This document shows, piece by piece, positions 54,089 through 62,902 of a stretch of 64,000 nucleotides of DNA (positions are counted from its first letter, which is position 1; every line of letters begins with the position of its first letter). The notes under the pieces were generated by a model that was given only the letters and a program-made list of their open reading frames with translations, made no database searches and was not told where the DNA came from. The DNA is from Acidobacteriaceae bacterium (GTDB lineage: Bacteria > Acidobacteriota > Terriglobia > Terriglobales > Acidobacteriaceae): the NCBI GenBank assembly GCA_035507705.1, contig DATJNV010000101.1, forward strand, positions 90,495-154,494. Direction: 5' to 3'. The position numbers and the translations under genes were made by a program.

Positions 54089-55459
54089 CTAGGATCGCGG
54101 CTTTGTGTCCGGAGGGAGGACTTCCGGGTCTTCGAGAATCCTCGGCTTCTCGAGCGATTCCAATGGACCGAATTCGATGGCGCCTGCTTCTGGACCGAAT
54201 TCGATGGCGCTTGCTTCCTCGGAGTCATGTTCTACGGGGATTCCCGAGCCGCCGAGTGGGAACTTGCCTTCGTGGCGGCCAAGTAAAGAGGTATACGGCT
54301 CGGTCACCGGGTCAGGTTTGGGAGTCGTGGGCATAACATCGGGCACAGGCATCGTTCGAGGCAGGGGACCTGACGCGATATCCGGATTTGCCCAAGGCTC
54401 TGTGCGGAGCTTTTGCACCAGGTCGCGTAATGTCGGTTCGGACAGCCCCGAGGAATACTCTCCGGACGGTACGGTTACGGACTCATCACCGAGCATGCCC
54501 GCCATCTCCTCGGCGACCATCTCTTCCTGGGCAATGCGAGGTGGATCGGCAGACATCACGAGAGCAGCCTCCAATCCGCGCTGCCAGAGGCGGCCGGCGA
54601 GAAGCAGGAAGAGACCTAGCTGAGCCAGCAGAACAGCGAGCCACACCTGGTGAGCCGGCAACGCCTTCCAAAGGTAGAGGCAAAAGGTGAAAGCGCAGAC
54701 GCCCGCAAGCCCAGTCAGAAGGAAACTGCCGTACAGACGGAAAAAAAAGCGGAACAGCAAGCGAAGCGCTGGTAGAAGCGCCTGGGCAACCCTGCGCTCT
54801 CCGTCCATGGCATTGCGCACGATGTAGATTTCGATCAGATCCCACCAGAGACGAATCAACAAGCCAACGAACAGAATGACTGCGCCGGTGATCGCCGCAT
54901 AAAGAAATATCTGACGTTCGACATAGAGGGCGCCCAGCCTGGCCAGCAGCAAAGCCCGAAAGCCCAGCAAAATTCCCAGAATCACCGCAGCCGCACACCC
55001 GGCCAGGACCGCGGCCCGTACAAAACGCCAGAAATAAGCAATTCCTCCGCGCAGAATGACAGAAAGCCGCGGCGGCTCGGCCGAAACAAAGACAAAAACG
55101 GTGCCGGCAAAGAAGACAAAAAGTACCAGCAGTTGGAGCAGGTGAAGCCATACGGTAGTCCGCATCACCATGGGGATAAAGCTGGTGTTGCGGAGATGGA
55201 TTACCAGTTCTCCCAACTGGGCGAGATCCAGGGTTCCGGCGATCCTCTGCGCCGCCAAGCTGTGGTCGAGGTAGGAGGACAGTCCGGTGGTAAAAGGGAT
55301 TGCGGAGAGCAGGCCGAACAGCAGATTCACCGTGTAGACCCAAACCAGGCATGGCCAGTTACGAAGGCCCAGTTGAAACCCCTGAACAAGCAGGTTGGGC
55401 AGAGGCCGCTTCCTGCGGACCGGCTCCCCTAACGATGATGTCTGGATCGTCATGTTCAT
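54089..55459 (-). CDS. Polytopic membrane protein with a disordered acidic/Pro-rich C-terminal tail, hypothetical
   Basis: 456-aa ORF with about 7 hydrophobic helices and no family I recognise. It lies 16 nt downstream of the M1 peptidase gene on the same strand. Confidence 0.7.
   Translation of the reverse strand: MNMTIQTSSLGEPVRRKRPLPNLLVQGFQLGLRNWPCLVWVYTVNLLFGLLSAIPFTTGLSSYLDHSLAAQRIAGTLDLAQLGELVIHLRNTSFIPMVMRTTVWLHLLQLLVLFVFFAGTVFVFVSAEPPRLSVILRGGIAYFWRFVRAAVLAGCAAAVILGILLGFRALLLARLGALYVERQIFLYAAITGAVILFVGLLIRLWWDLIEIYIVRNAMDGERRVAQALLPALRLLFRFFFRLYGSFLLTGLAGVCAFTFCLYLWKALPAHQVWLAVLLAQLGLFLLLAGRLWQRGLEAALVMSADPPRIAQEEMVAEEMAGMLGDESVTVPSGEYSSGLSEPTLRDLVQKLRTEPWANPDIASGPLPRTMPVPDVMPTTPKPDPVTEPYTSLLGRHEGKFPLGGSGIPVEHDSEEASAIEFGPEAGAIEFGPLESLEKPRILEDPEVLPPDTKPRS
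54165..54218. repeat. 2 x 27-nt tandem direct repeat inside a CDS
   Basis: GGACCGAATTCGATGGCGCCTGCTTCT (54165-54191) is followed by GGACCGAATTCGATGGCGCTTGCTTCC (54192-54218), with 2 mismatches. On the minus strand it encodes EASAIEFGP/EAGAIEFGP. Confidence 0.9.
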
Positions 55460-55475
55460 GCTGTATTCGCGGCTT

Positions 55476-57404
55476 TCAGACTAAAAACGATAACCATTGG
55501 GCCAGCAATTGCTGTGTGAAGAGCCAATAGTTCGTCAATTTGACACGAGCCGTCCGGTCCCGTTGCAGGATGTAACTATTGTTGAACGAATTTGCGTCGA
55601 GTGGAATATTCGTCGTCGAATCGATCACGGCGTATTCCGCGCGCGCAGATTTATCCCACGAGAAGCGGGCCCACCGGTCAAGGCCATCCCAGGTGGCTTG
55701 TTCCTTGGTTCCGTCAGTAAATCCAACTTCGAGCTTCACCGGAAAAAGGAAGTCGCCCTTCCGGCCCACAACGACTTCCGTATGGTAGGGCCCACCTGCG
55801 TCATTCCCTTTCCACCATTCGCTGGGCCCGGTCGTCACCGAGTTCACGGAATAGTCAAGCATGCCCGTACCAGTGAAAGCCTGCGTCAGAAAAGGCTCAA
55901 GGTCGGTGCGGCCCGAAACTTCCTGCAGGGTGTTGAGAAAATCTGCGCCGGTCGGATGCTGGAAGCGATAGCGGTCGAAATAAACGCGTAGAGCCTGGCG
56001 AAGGGTTGGTTCCCCAATCATGGCCTCCAGCGTGAGTAATGCGGTCGCGGTTTTTCCATAGGTGATACAGCCATAGCTGGCATCATCCAGGAATTTCCAC
56101 CCCGTGCGCACGATTGGATCCTGCTCGGGATGCAAAAGATAAAAGAGCCTCTGGTATGCAGCGTCACTGGCATAGACCGTGCGCGCATTCAGCACTGAAG
56201 TATTTTGGCCGAAAAGAGAACCCATAACTTTGCTTTCGCTGTAGCTGTTGATTCCTTCATCGAGCCAAGGTTCTTCAAATTCGTTGCTGGCGACCATGCC
56301 ATACCAGTACTGGTGGCCGAATTCATGGATCACGGTTATTTCCAACCCGTAATAGCTCCACGAAGGCGCCCACCATTTTGTATCGCCCGTGACCAGGGTC
56401 GGGTATTCCATACCTCCGGCATCCGAATCCGGTTCCGGATCAACCAACGTAATCTGCTTGTAGGGATACGGCCCGTACCACTCATCGTATTTCTGCATGC
56501 TCTGCTTCAGGGCCGAGAGATAACGCTCGCGCTGATCCGCATGGGAAGCCAGCAACAGGACGTGCAATTTGACCGGACCGAGGCTGTTAGTGAAGGTATC
56601 GTCGGCAACCAGAAAGTGCGGTGAGGCAGCCCAGGCGAAATCGTGAATGTCCTCTCCACGGAAGCTGAGGGTGCGGGTGCCATCGGAGTTAGCCTGCTCT
56701 GCAACCTGAATGCCGCTCGCGCCTACGATGTAGCGCTGGGGAAGCGTCAGGTTGACGTTGTAAGTGCCGAAATCGGCAAAGAATTCGGTGTCGGCATGGT
56801 ACTGATGGCAGTTCCATGCGCCATGCCACCAGACACCGACTTTGGGAAACCACTGTGCACCCATGATGAAGTCCCGTGTGTATCCGGTTCTGGGAGCCGA
56901 GCGCGGAAACTTGTCATGGAATGTGAGTTGAAAGCGGATTGCATTGCCCGGCGCAAGCGGTTTGGGGAGAACGACCTCCATGACCGTGTGATCTTCCAGG
57001 TTGCCATCGTCGGGTGCAATGAAACGCGTGTTGCGCGACAGGTCGCCAAAACCCTCAGCGGAGATGCTCTTGATGTCTATGGAGCCTTGCTCGCCTGGCC
57101 CATAGTCGAACGCCATCCCATCCCGGTGCGATTCCATGGAGAACGTGGACTGGAGACGGAACGCGTTGAGGTAGAGGTGAAACGGGATAGTGGTAAGAGG
57201 CTGATTCGTAAGGTTGCGATACTCGATGCTTTCCGTGGCATCCAGACTCTTTGCTTCGGTGTTTACACTGGCGTCGATCCAGTAAGCAACGACCCGTTGC
57301 GAAAGCGGTTTGCCATCCGGCGAGTAGACCGCCGACACTTGTGCCCCTGCGGAGGAAGCGATGAAGACGGGAACAAGCAACAGCAACCGCGATGGCAGGC
57401 GCAT
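55476..57404 (-). CDS. Secreted M1 family metallopeptidase (aminopeptidase N-like), catalytic motifs intact
   Basis: Signal peptide, GGMEYPT exopeptidase-type motif, and HEFGHQYWYG-x-WLDEG (HExxH-x18-E). Confidence 0.88.
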   Translation of the reverse strand: MRLPSRLLLLVPVFIASSAGAQVSAVYSPDGKPLSQRVVAYWIDASVNTEAKSLDATESIEYRNLTNQPLTTIPFHLYLNAFRLQSTFSMESHRDGMAFDYGPGEQGSIDIKSISAEGFGDLSRNTRFIAPDDGNLEDHTVMEVVLPKPLAPGNAIRFQLTFHDKFPRSAPRTGYTRDFIMGAQWFPKVGVWWHGAWNCHQYHADTEFFADFGTYNVNLTLPQRYIVGASGIQVAEQANSDGTRTLSFRGEDIHDFAWAASPHFLVADDTFTNSLGPVKLHVLLLASHADQRERYLSALKQSMQKYDEWYGPYPYKQITLVDPEPDSDAGGMEYPTLVTGDTKWWAPSWSYYGLEITVIHEFGHQYWYGMVASNEFEEPWLDEGINSYSESKVMGSLFGQNTSVLNARTVYASDAAYQRLFYLLHPEQDPIVRTGWKFLDDASYGCITYGKTATALLTLEAMIGEPTLRQALRVYFDRYRFQHPTGADFLNTLQEVSGRTDLEPFLTQAFTGTGMLDYSVNSVTTGPSEWWKGNDAGGPYHTEVVVGRKGDFLFPVKLEVGFTDGTKEQATWDGLDRWARFSWDKSARAEYAVIDSTTNIPLDANSFNNSYILQRDRTARVKLTNYWLFTQQLLAQWLSFLV

Positions 57405-57780
57405 GCGGAATTCTAGTCCATTTCAGTAAAGGAATGTCCACTGCCGGGAAGCACTGAACCGGGTTGTACAAGACTCGCTACAGGGCTGGCTCCCGCCTGA
57501 CTTAGGACAGCGCACGATCCACGCAGGCTTTCAGTACCGGGAGATCCAGCTTGGCTGTGTCCCACACAATCGGTCTGGATCGATCAAAATCAGCCATCAA
57601 ATCGACGTCCGATTGGGTGTTAGATTCGCCGCGCGCGACTGATTGATCCAAACAAACGCGAGTGGAGGAGACCCCCGGCCTTCAGCTCCGGGGCATGTTC
57701 CCGCGGAACGACGAGGACATGATCCCTATCCATGGCACAACTCTGACAGATCCCGGCATGCTCGACAATGCCGTTCGCTT

Positions 57781-58446
57781 TTACTGTGTCGCAGGCGGCA
57801 ACGTCCAGACCTCTGAAGACAGGAGACCGAACAGGAACTGCTGATGGTGGACAATGCTCATGCCTCGACAGGAGAGAGCAGCGGCGTAGTCCGGTAGTGC
57901 ACGGACAGAAAGTCCGGTAAGACAGCCGAACGCACGATAAAGGAAAGCAACGATCCCGCGCGCTATAGGTGCGGTGAGCCGATTACGAGGAACGGCAAAC
58001 TCCGAGATGAGCCATTTCGCGCCGGGAACTGCGTGCGGAACAACGCGATCGAAAAGTTGTTCGATCTGAGAAGAAAAGAAGCAATCGAGAAAGAAGTGAG
58101 AAACGATCAGATCGTAGCTGCCGGCCGGCTCCCATGCCAGGGCATCGGCATGGTGAAGGCAAATGCGCTCGCGGGCTTGAACGCCTGATCGAAGAATGCG
58201 GCGGTCGAGCAGGGTAAGCATGCCAGCGCTGGAGTCGACCACGTCGACAGTAACATCGGGATTCGCTGTCAGCAGACGGGAGAGGAAGCGGCCATCACCA
58301 TCTCCCAATACCAGGGCGCGACGTGCATCTTTCATCTTTGCGAGTTGAGCGGTCCGGCAGCGGGCGAGCCAGGGTCCGAAAGTCACGTATTCGATCCAGC
58401 GATAAGGCCGGGCCACGGGATCGAAGTTGACCTCCCGGGAACTCAC
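57781..58446 (-). CDS. Class I SAM-dependent methyltransferase
   Basis: Motif I ALVLGDGDGRF and post-I VDVVDSS. The GTG start overlaps the upstream gene's TGA as GTGA. Confidence 0.8.
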   Translation of the reverse strand: MSSREVNFDPVARPYRWIEYVTFGPWLARCRTAQLAKMKDARRALVLGDGDGRFLSRLLTANPDVTVDVVDSSAGMLTLLDRRILRSGVQARERICLHHADALAWEPAGSYDLIVSHFFLDCFFSSQIEQLFDRVVPHAVPGAKWLISEFAVPRNRLTAPIARGIVAFLYRAFGCLTGLSVRALPDYAAALSCRGMSIVHHQQFLFGLLSSEVWTLPPATQ

Positions 58447-59270
58447 CGGGCAAAGGGGAAGAAAGCCAGCGGCGTCAGCAAGGCAGCATCGGCGGCGATG
58501 CGCAAGTGCAGCGGTGAAAGACGGGCACTGCGTGTGTCCAGGGCAAAGAGCAGTCCACTACTCAAAAGCGCAGCTAAATAAACCGCGGACAGCCCGCGGG
58601 AAGGTGAAAGCACTGCCCCGGTGAGCGAAAACAGCGCAATGATAGTTGCGATCGGACGCAGATGCAGGCTGGCCCAGCGGGTCATGGCGTGAGGAGTTCC
58701 CCCTTCCCACTTCTCTATGCCGGCGCAGTTGATCCAACACAACAGCGAAAAAAAAACGACGGCGGGCGCCAGATGCTCTTTGGCGAATCCGTTGCTGGAG
58801 TTTAGCCGTGACCAGGCGGGAACCGCCGTTGCCGCTGCGAAAAGGATCGCCACAGCCAATTCCTTCGGTAGCCGTTGAGCCGCGACGCGATGGACCGCAA
58901 ACAGATAAAGCAAGGCCAGAGTGCCAATCCAGGAATCTTCGCGGAACGCCTCCGGGTTCATGTGCTTGAGGATCGACCAGATGAGAACCACGGCCAGGAA
59001 AGCGGCGGCACACAGAAAGGCGGTGCGGTGACGGGCATGGAAGTGATGGCGTTCACGAAGCGGAGCGCCCTGGGGTTGACGGAGCCCGTCCAGGATGCGA
59101 TCGGTTACGTAGAGAAGCCAAGTACCAAGAGGAAGAAGCATCGACTGGATCAAAGACAGATGAAGATGCATTGCGCGGACGAAAAAAGCGGACCAAATAC
59201 CAGCGACGGTAGGGGCATCCAGACTGAGCAGATGCCACCATTCTGCGAGGGTGTAGAAACGCCGGGCCAA
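58443..59270 (-). CDS. Polytopic membrane protein, hypothetical (distant UbiA-like flavour, single DxxxD)
   Basis: 275 aa with about 8 hydrophobic helices. LYVTDRILDG resembles the first Asp-rich motif of UbiA-type prenyltransferases, but I see no second Asp-rich motif. Confidence 0.65.
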   Translation of the reverse strand: MARRFYTLAEWWHLLSLDAPTVAGIWSAFFVRAMHLHLSLIQSMLLPLGTWLLYVTDRILDGLRQPQGAPLRERHHFHARHRTAFLCAAAFLAVVLIWSILKHMNPEAFREDSWIGTLALLYLFAVHRVAAQRLPKELAVAILFAAATAVPAWSRLNSSNGFAKEHLAPAVVFFSLLCWINCAGIEKWEGGTPHAMTRWASLHLRPIATIIALFSLTGAVLSPSRGLSAVYLAALLSSGLLFALDTRSARLSPLHLRIAADAALLTPLAFFPFAR

Positions 59271-59346
59271 ATCTCAGTTTACGTCTCCTGGCGCCCGGAG
59301 ACTTCCGGGCGCGCCTGGGTCTTTGGGGTTGATGTTGCGAGCAAAG

Positions 59347-59394
59347 CAGATATGCGATGTATCTGTGAAGGCAACCTTAGCAGTTTGCCTTCAC
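59347..59394. promoter_or_regulatory. Two adjacent perfect palindromes in the divergent MarR / membrane-protein promoter region (candidate MarR operator)
   Basis: CAGATA-N7-TATCTG (59347-59365) and GTGAAGGCAA-N10-TTGCCTTCAC (59365-59394). The second ends 13 nt before the MarR GTG start. Confidence 0.55.
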
Positions 59395-59406
59395 ATGTGC
59401 TAGATT

Positions 59407-59847
59407 GTGTCAGTGGATGATGGCGCCGCTCTAGCATTAGCTGCCGACCTCAGGACTGTGCTTGGCCAACTGAAGCGACATCTGCGAGCCCAGGCAGGCG
59501 TTGGAGATCTCACCTTGTCTCAGACGTCCGTGCTGGGGCGCCTCGATCGGGACGGACCATCCACGGTGACCGGTCTCGCCCGAACGGAAGGCATGCGTCC
59601 TCAGTCTATGGGAGCCATCGTTTCCGCCCTGGAGAATGCCGGGTTGATCCGTGGGTCGCCGGATCCAAAGGATGGACGGCAAACCCTGTTTTCCCTCACC
59701 CCGGACTGCGAGGAATTAATCCGAGTCAGTCGAGCTGCGAAGGAAGACTGGTTGTTCCATGCGATTCAAAGCAAGCTCGAGCCGGTGGAGCAGGAACAGC
59801 TCGCTTCCCTCGTAAATCTGCTCAAACGTCTTGCTGAAGGAGAATAG
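59407..59847 (+). CDS. MarR family transcriptional regulator
   Basis: LTLSQTSVLGRLDRDGPSTVTGLARTEGMRPQSMGAIVSALENAGLIRGSPDPKDGRQTLFSLT is a winged-helix MarR signature. Confidence 0.88.
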   Translation: MSVDDGAALALAADLRTVLGQLKRHLRAQAGVGDLTLSQTSVLGRLDRDGPSTVTGLARTEGMRPQSMGAIVSALENAGLIRGSPDPKDGRQTLFSLTPDCEELIRVSRAAKEDWLFHAIQSKLEPVEQEQLASLVNLLKRLAEGE

Positions 59848-59848
59848 A

Positions 59849-60406
59849 TTGCCTGTTACTACTCTTGACCCAAAGACCGCCCTCATTGTCATTGACTTGC
59901 AGAAAGGGGTAGTGGGAAGGCCTACAGCGCACCCTGCCGGCCACGTGGTTCAGCATGCAAGTAAGCTGGCAAGCGCATTCCGCCGGCACGGATTGCCCGT
60001 GGTGCTGGTCAACGTTGCCGGCGGGGCGCCGGGACGCACCGAACAGGCGCCGAGAATTCAAGACTTGCCCCCGGACTGGATGGAGCTGGTTCCTGAACTA
60101 AATCACCAGGACAAAGACCACCGGGTGACGAAACGAACCTGGGGAGCTTTCACCAATACAGGTCTGGACGAGCACCTGAAACACCTCGGCGTTACCCAGG
60201 TGGTGATCGCCGGCGTGGCTACCAGCATAGGTGTGGAATCGACCGCGCGTCATGCCCACGAGAACGGCTTCCATGTCACGCTCGCGACCGACGCCATGAC
60301 CGACATGAGCCTCGAGGCACACACCAACAGCGTCACTCGGATCTTTCCCCGCCTGGGCGAAACCGGAACGACACAGGAGATTCTCGAGCTTCTGGATAAG
60401 CGATGA
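59849..60406 (+). CDS. Isochorismatase-family hydrolase lacking the catalytic Cys of the cysteine-hydrolase subgroup
   Basis: ALIVIDLQKGV, then VVIAGVATSIGVESTARHAHENG, where Gly/Ile occupy the usual T..CV cysteine position. I prefer the TTG at 59849, 6 nt after GAAGGAG; the track ORF opens at 59831. Confidence 0.8.
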   Translation: MPVTTLDPKTALIVIDLQKGVVGRPTAHPAGHVVQHASKLASAFRRHGLPVVLVNVAGGAPGRTEQAPRIQDLPPDWMELVPELNHQDKDHRVTKRTWGAFTNTGLDEHLKHLGVTQVVIAGVATSIGVESTARHAHENGFHVTLATDAMTDMSLEAHTNSVTRIFPRLGETGTTQEILELLDKR

Positions 60407-60486
60407 CCGGCACCTTTTGTTCGGGAGAATGAAACGGTTGGATGTTGTCAGGTTGAGACCCGTGGCCTACCGGTTGGCTCCTGGGC

Positions 60487-62703
60487 TCACGGGGCCGCGG
60501 TCTGCCGGGCGGGAGCGGGTTCCGCCGGGTGTTTGCGCGGCGATCGGCGGCGATGCGTTTTGTGCTCCGTGGGGGTGTCAGCAACCGCAGCTGTTTCTTC
60601 AGGCTCTAGGGCGGTCGGCGGGATGCCATCGATACTGTCGCGTCCCTCGGCCACACGGATCAAAAAGTCCTGGGCGTTAAACAACTTGCCCTCCGGCGCG
60701 CGGACCCGCGGATAGTTTCCCGCGGCGGTCTCCATGCGGGATTTGGCAGTGTCGCCCAAATATGCGGCCAGAATCTCGTTGCGAATGCGATGGCGAATTT
60801 GTGCGTCCCGGATGGGAAAAACAACTTCGCATCGCTCAAATAAGTTACGCGGCATCCAGTCCGCGCTGCCGCAGTAGATTTCTTCGTCGCCACCATTGGC
60901 GAAATAGAAGATACGACTGTGTTCCAGAAAGCGGCCAACCACTGAGCGCACGCGAATGTTCTCACTCACCCCAGGGATTCCGGGACGAAGCGAACAAATA
61001 CCCCGGACAATCAGATCGATCTGCACACCGGCTTTGGACGCCATGTAGAGCGCCTCAATCACGGCCTGTTCCAGGAGCGAATTCATCTTGGCGATGATGT
61101 GCGCCGGGCGCCTCGCGGCGGCGTGGTCCGCCTCACGATGGATCATTCGTATGGTGCTCTCCGCCAGAGTCAGCGGCGCTACCTGCAAGGGAGCGTAATC
61201 GTCGGATTCCGAGTGCGCGGTGAGGTAATTGAACACGCTGTGGACGCTGCCCGTGATCTCAGGATCGGCAGTCAGCAGGCTTATGTCGGTGTAAAACTTG
61301 GCGGTGTCGGGATTGTAGTTGCCAGTGCCCAGGTGTGCATATCGGCGGGTGACTCCGTCGGGGTCGCGGCGGATCAGCAGAGCCAGCTTGCAATGCGTCT
61401 TGAGTCCGACGATGCCGTGAAAGACCTGCACTCCGGCGTCTTCCAGATTGCGCGCCCAGCGAATGTTCGACGCCTCATCGAAGCGGGCCATCAGTTCCAC
61501 GACCACAGTCACTTCTTTGGTTTGCGCCGCTTCAATGAGCGCATGAAACATGGGCGAATCGGAGCTGGTTCGGTAGAGTGTCTGCTTCATGGAAAGGACG
61601 CGTGGATCACGAGCGCCCAGTTGGATGAAGTTGACCACCCCATCGTACGAATCGAAGGGATGGTGCAGCATCAGGTCGTGATGACGCAGCTCATCGAAAA
61701 GGTCTTCGGATCGTCGGTTCAGTCGCATTTCGCGGGGCAGAAAATCTTTGAACTTTAGGTCCGGCCGCGGAGTGTCAGTGTAGAGATTCATGAGGCGGGA
61801 CAGGTTGACCGGCCCGTCTGTCGAGAACACCTGCGAGTCCTCTAGCTCGAAATTTATCTGCAGGCGATCCACGATTTCCGCATCCGCCCCTTCTTCGATT
61901 TCCAGGCGGACGGCGTCTCCTTTCCGACGGTTGTGCAACTCAGAGCGCACGCTGTCCAGGAGGCTGCGTGATTCCTCTTCCTGGAAATAGAGGTTGCTAT
62001 TGCGAGTGACACGAAAAGCAGCGGCGGAAAGAATTTCATAGCCGCGGTACATGCCTGTGGCATTGTGCTCAATCAGGTCGGCGAGAAAGACGAAGTCATG
62101 AGTTCCGGAACTGGAGGGTACCGGTATCAGACGGGGCAGCGCCCGGGGTACAGTGACCACTCCCAACAGTGCACCGCTGGCTCCCTTGCGCTTGCGGCGC
62201 AACAGCAACGCCAGGCAGAGTGCCTTATTCAGGACGCGCGGAAAGGGATGGGCGGGATCAATGGTGATGGGGGTGAGGAGCGGATCAACTTCGCGCTGAT
62301 AGTATTCGAGGGCATGAGAGCGCGCAGTTGAGTCAACGTCACTCCACTCCAGCACGCGGACGCCGTTATCGTAAAGCGCGGGGCGTAGTTGTTCGGTCCA
62401 GCAGCGGTACTGATCGCGGACGAACGCGTGCATATTTTCGACCACGATATCGAGTGTCTGGCGCGGCGTCAGGCCATCGAAGCCCGGCTCGGTATACCCG
62501 TCTTCAATCCGCTGCATGATGCCGGCTACGCGAATTTCGGCAAACTCATCGAGATTGCTGGCGGTGATCGCCAGAAATTTAACCCGTTCCAGTAAGGGAT
62601 TTGTCGCATCCTGGGCTTCTTCGAGCACCCGCTGATTGAACTTCAGCCACGATTCATCCCGGCCGATAAAAAGACTCTGAGGATCCTTGCTGACATTGTC
62701 CAT
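60487..62703 (-). CDS. ppk: Polyphosphate kinase 1
   Basis: GRDESWLKFNQRVLEEAQD and two PLD-like C-terminal domains (HCKLALLIRR, HAKM-type IIAKMNSL). I prefer the start at MDNVSK. There is a basic, disordered ~50-aa C-terminal extension. Confidence 0.9.
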   Translation of the reverse strand: MDNVSKDPQSLFIGRDESWLKFNQRVLEEAQDATNPLLERVKFLAITASNLDEFAEIRVAGIMQRIEDGYTEPGFDGLTPRQTLDIVVENMHAFVRDQYRCWTEQLRPALYDNGVRVLEWSDVDSTARSHALEYYQREVDPLLTPITIDPAHPFPRVLNKALCLALLLRRKRKGASGALLGVVTVPRALPRLIPVPSSSGTHDFVFLADLIEHNATGMYRGYEILSAAAFRVTRNSNLYFQEEESRSLLDSVRSELHNRRKGDAVRLEIEEGADAEIVDRLQINFELEDSQVFSTDGPVNLSRLMNLYTDTPRPDLKFKDFLPREMRLNRRSEDLFDELRHHDLMLHHPFDSYDGVVNFIQLGARDPRVLSMKQTLYRTSSDSPMFHALIEAAQTKEVTVVVELMARFDEASNIRWARNLEDAGVQVFHGIVGLKTHCKLALLIRRDPDGVTRRYAHLGTGNYNPDTAKFYTDISLLTADPEITGSVHSVFNYLTAHSESDDYAPLQVAPLTLAESTIRMIHREADHAAARRPAHIIAKMNSLLEQAVIEALYMASKAGVQIDLIVRGICSLRPGIPGVSENIRVRSVVGRFLEHSRIFYFANGGDEEIYCGSADWMPRNLFERCEVVFPIRDAQIRHRIRNEILAAYLGDTAKSRMETAAGNYPRVRAPEGKLFNAQDFLIRVAEGRDSIDGIPPTALEPEETAAVADTPTEHKTHRRRSPRKHPAEPAPARQTAAP

Positions 62704-62902
62704 AGTGAGACTGCCGCCCACCCTTCGCACTCACTCTGTCTACCTTACTAAAAGAGCAGGCGAGATGAACCGGTGGATAAATGTCCGGCTTTTGCCGGGA
62801 ATGCTCGATAAAGGAAGGATTTGACGCCTATGGAGGGGTTGCGGGAGGATAAAGAGGAAAGAATCTAGCGAAGAATCAGGCGATGGTCTGGAGGATGGGC
62901 GT

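Noticed and set aside
53894-54286. A plus-strand 130-aa Gly/Ser-rich ORF (GSGSGGGNGTGSGSGAGSGPG...).
   Set aside because: It is the reverse complement of the Pro/Asp-rich minus-strand sequence and of the tandem repeat in the membrane-protein tail. Its direction conflicts with the flanking operon structure.
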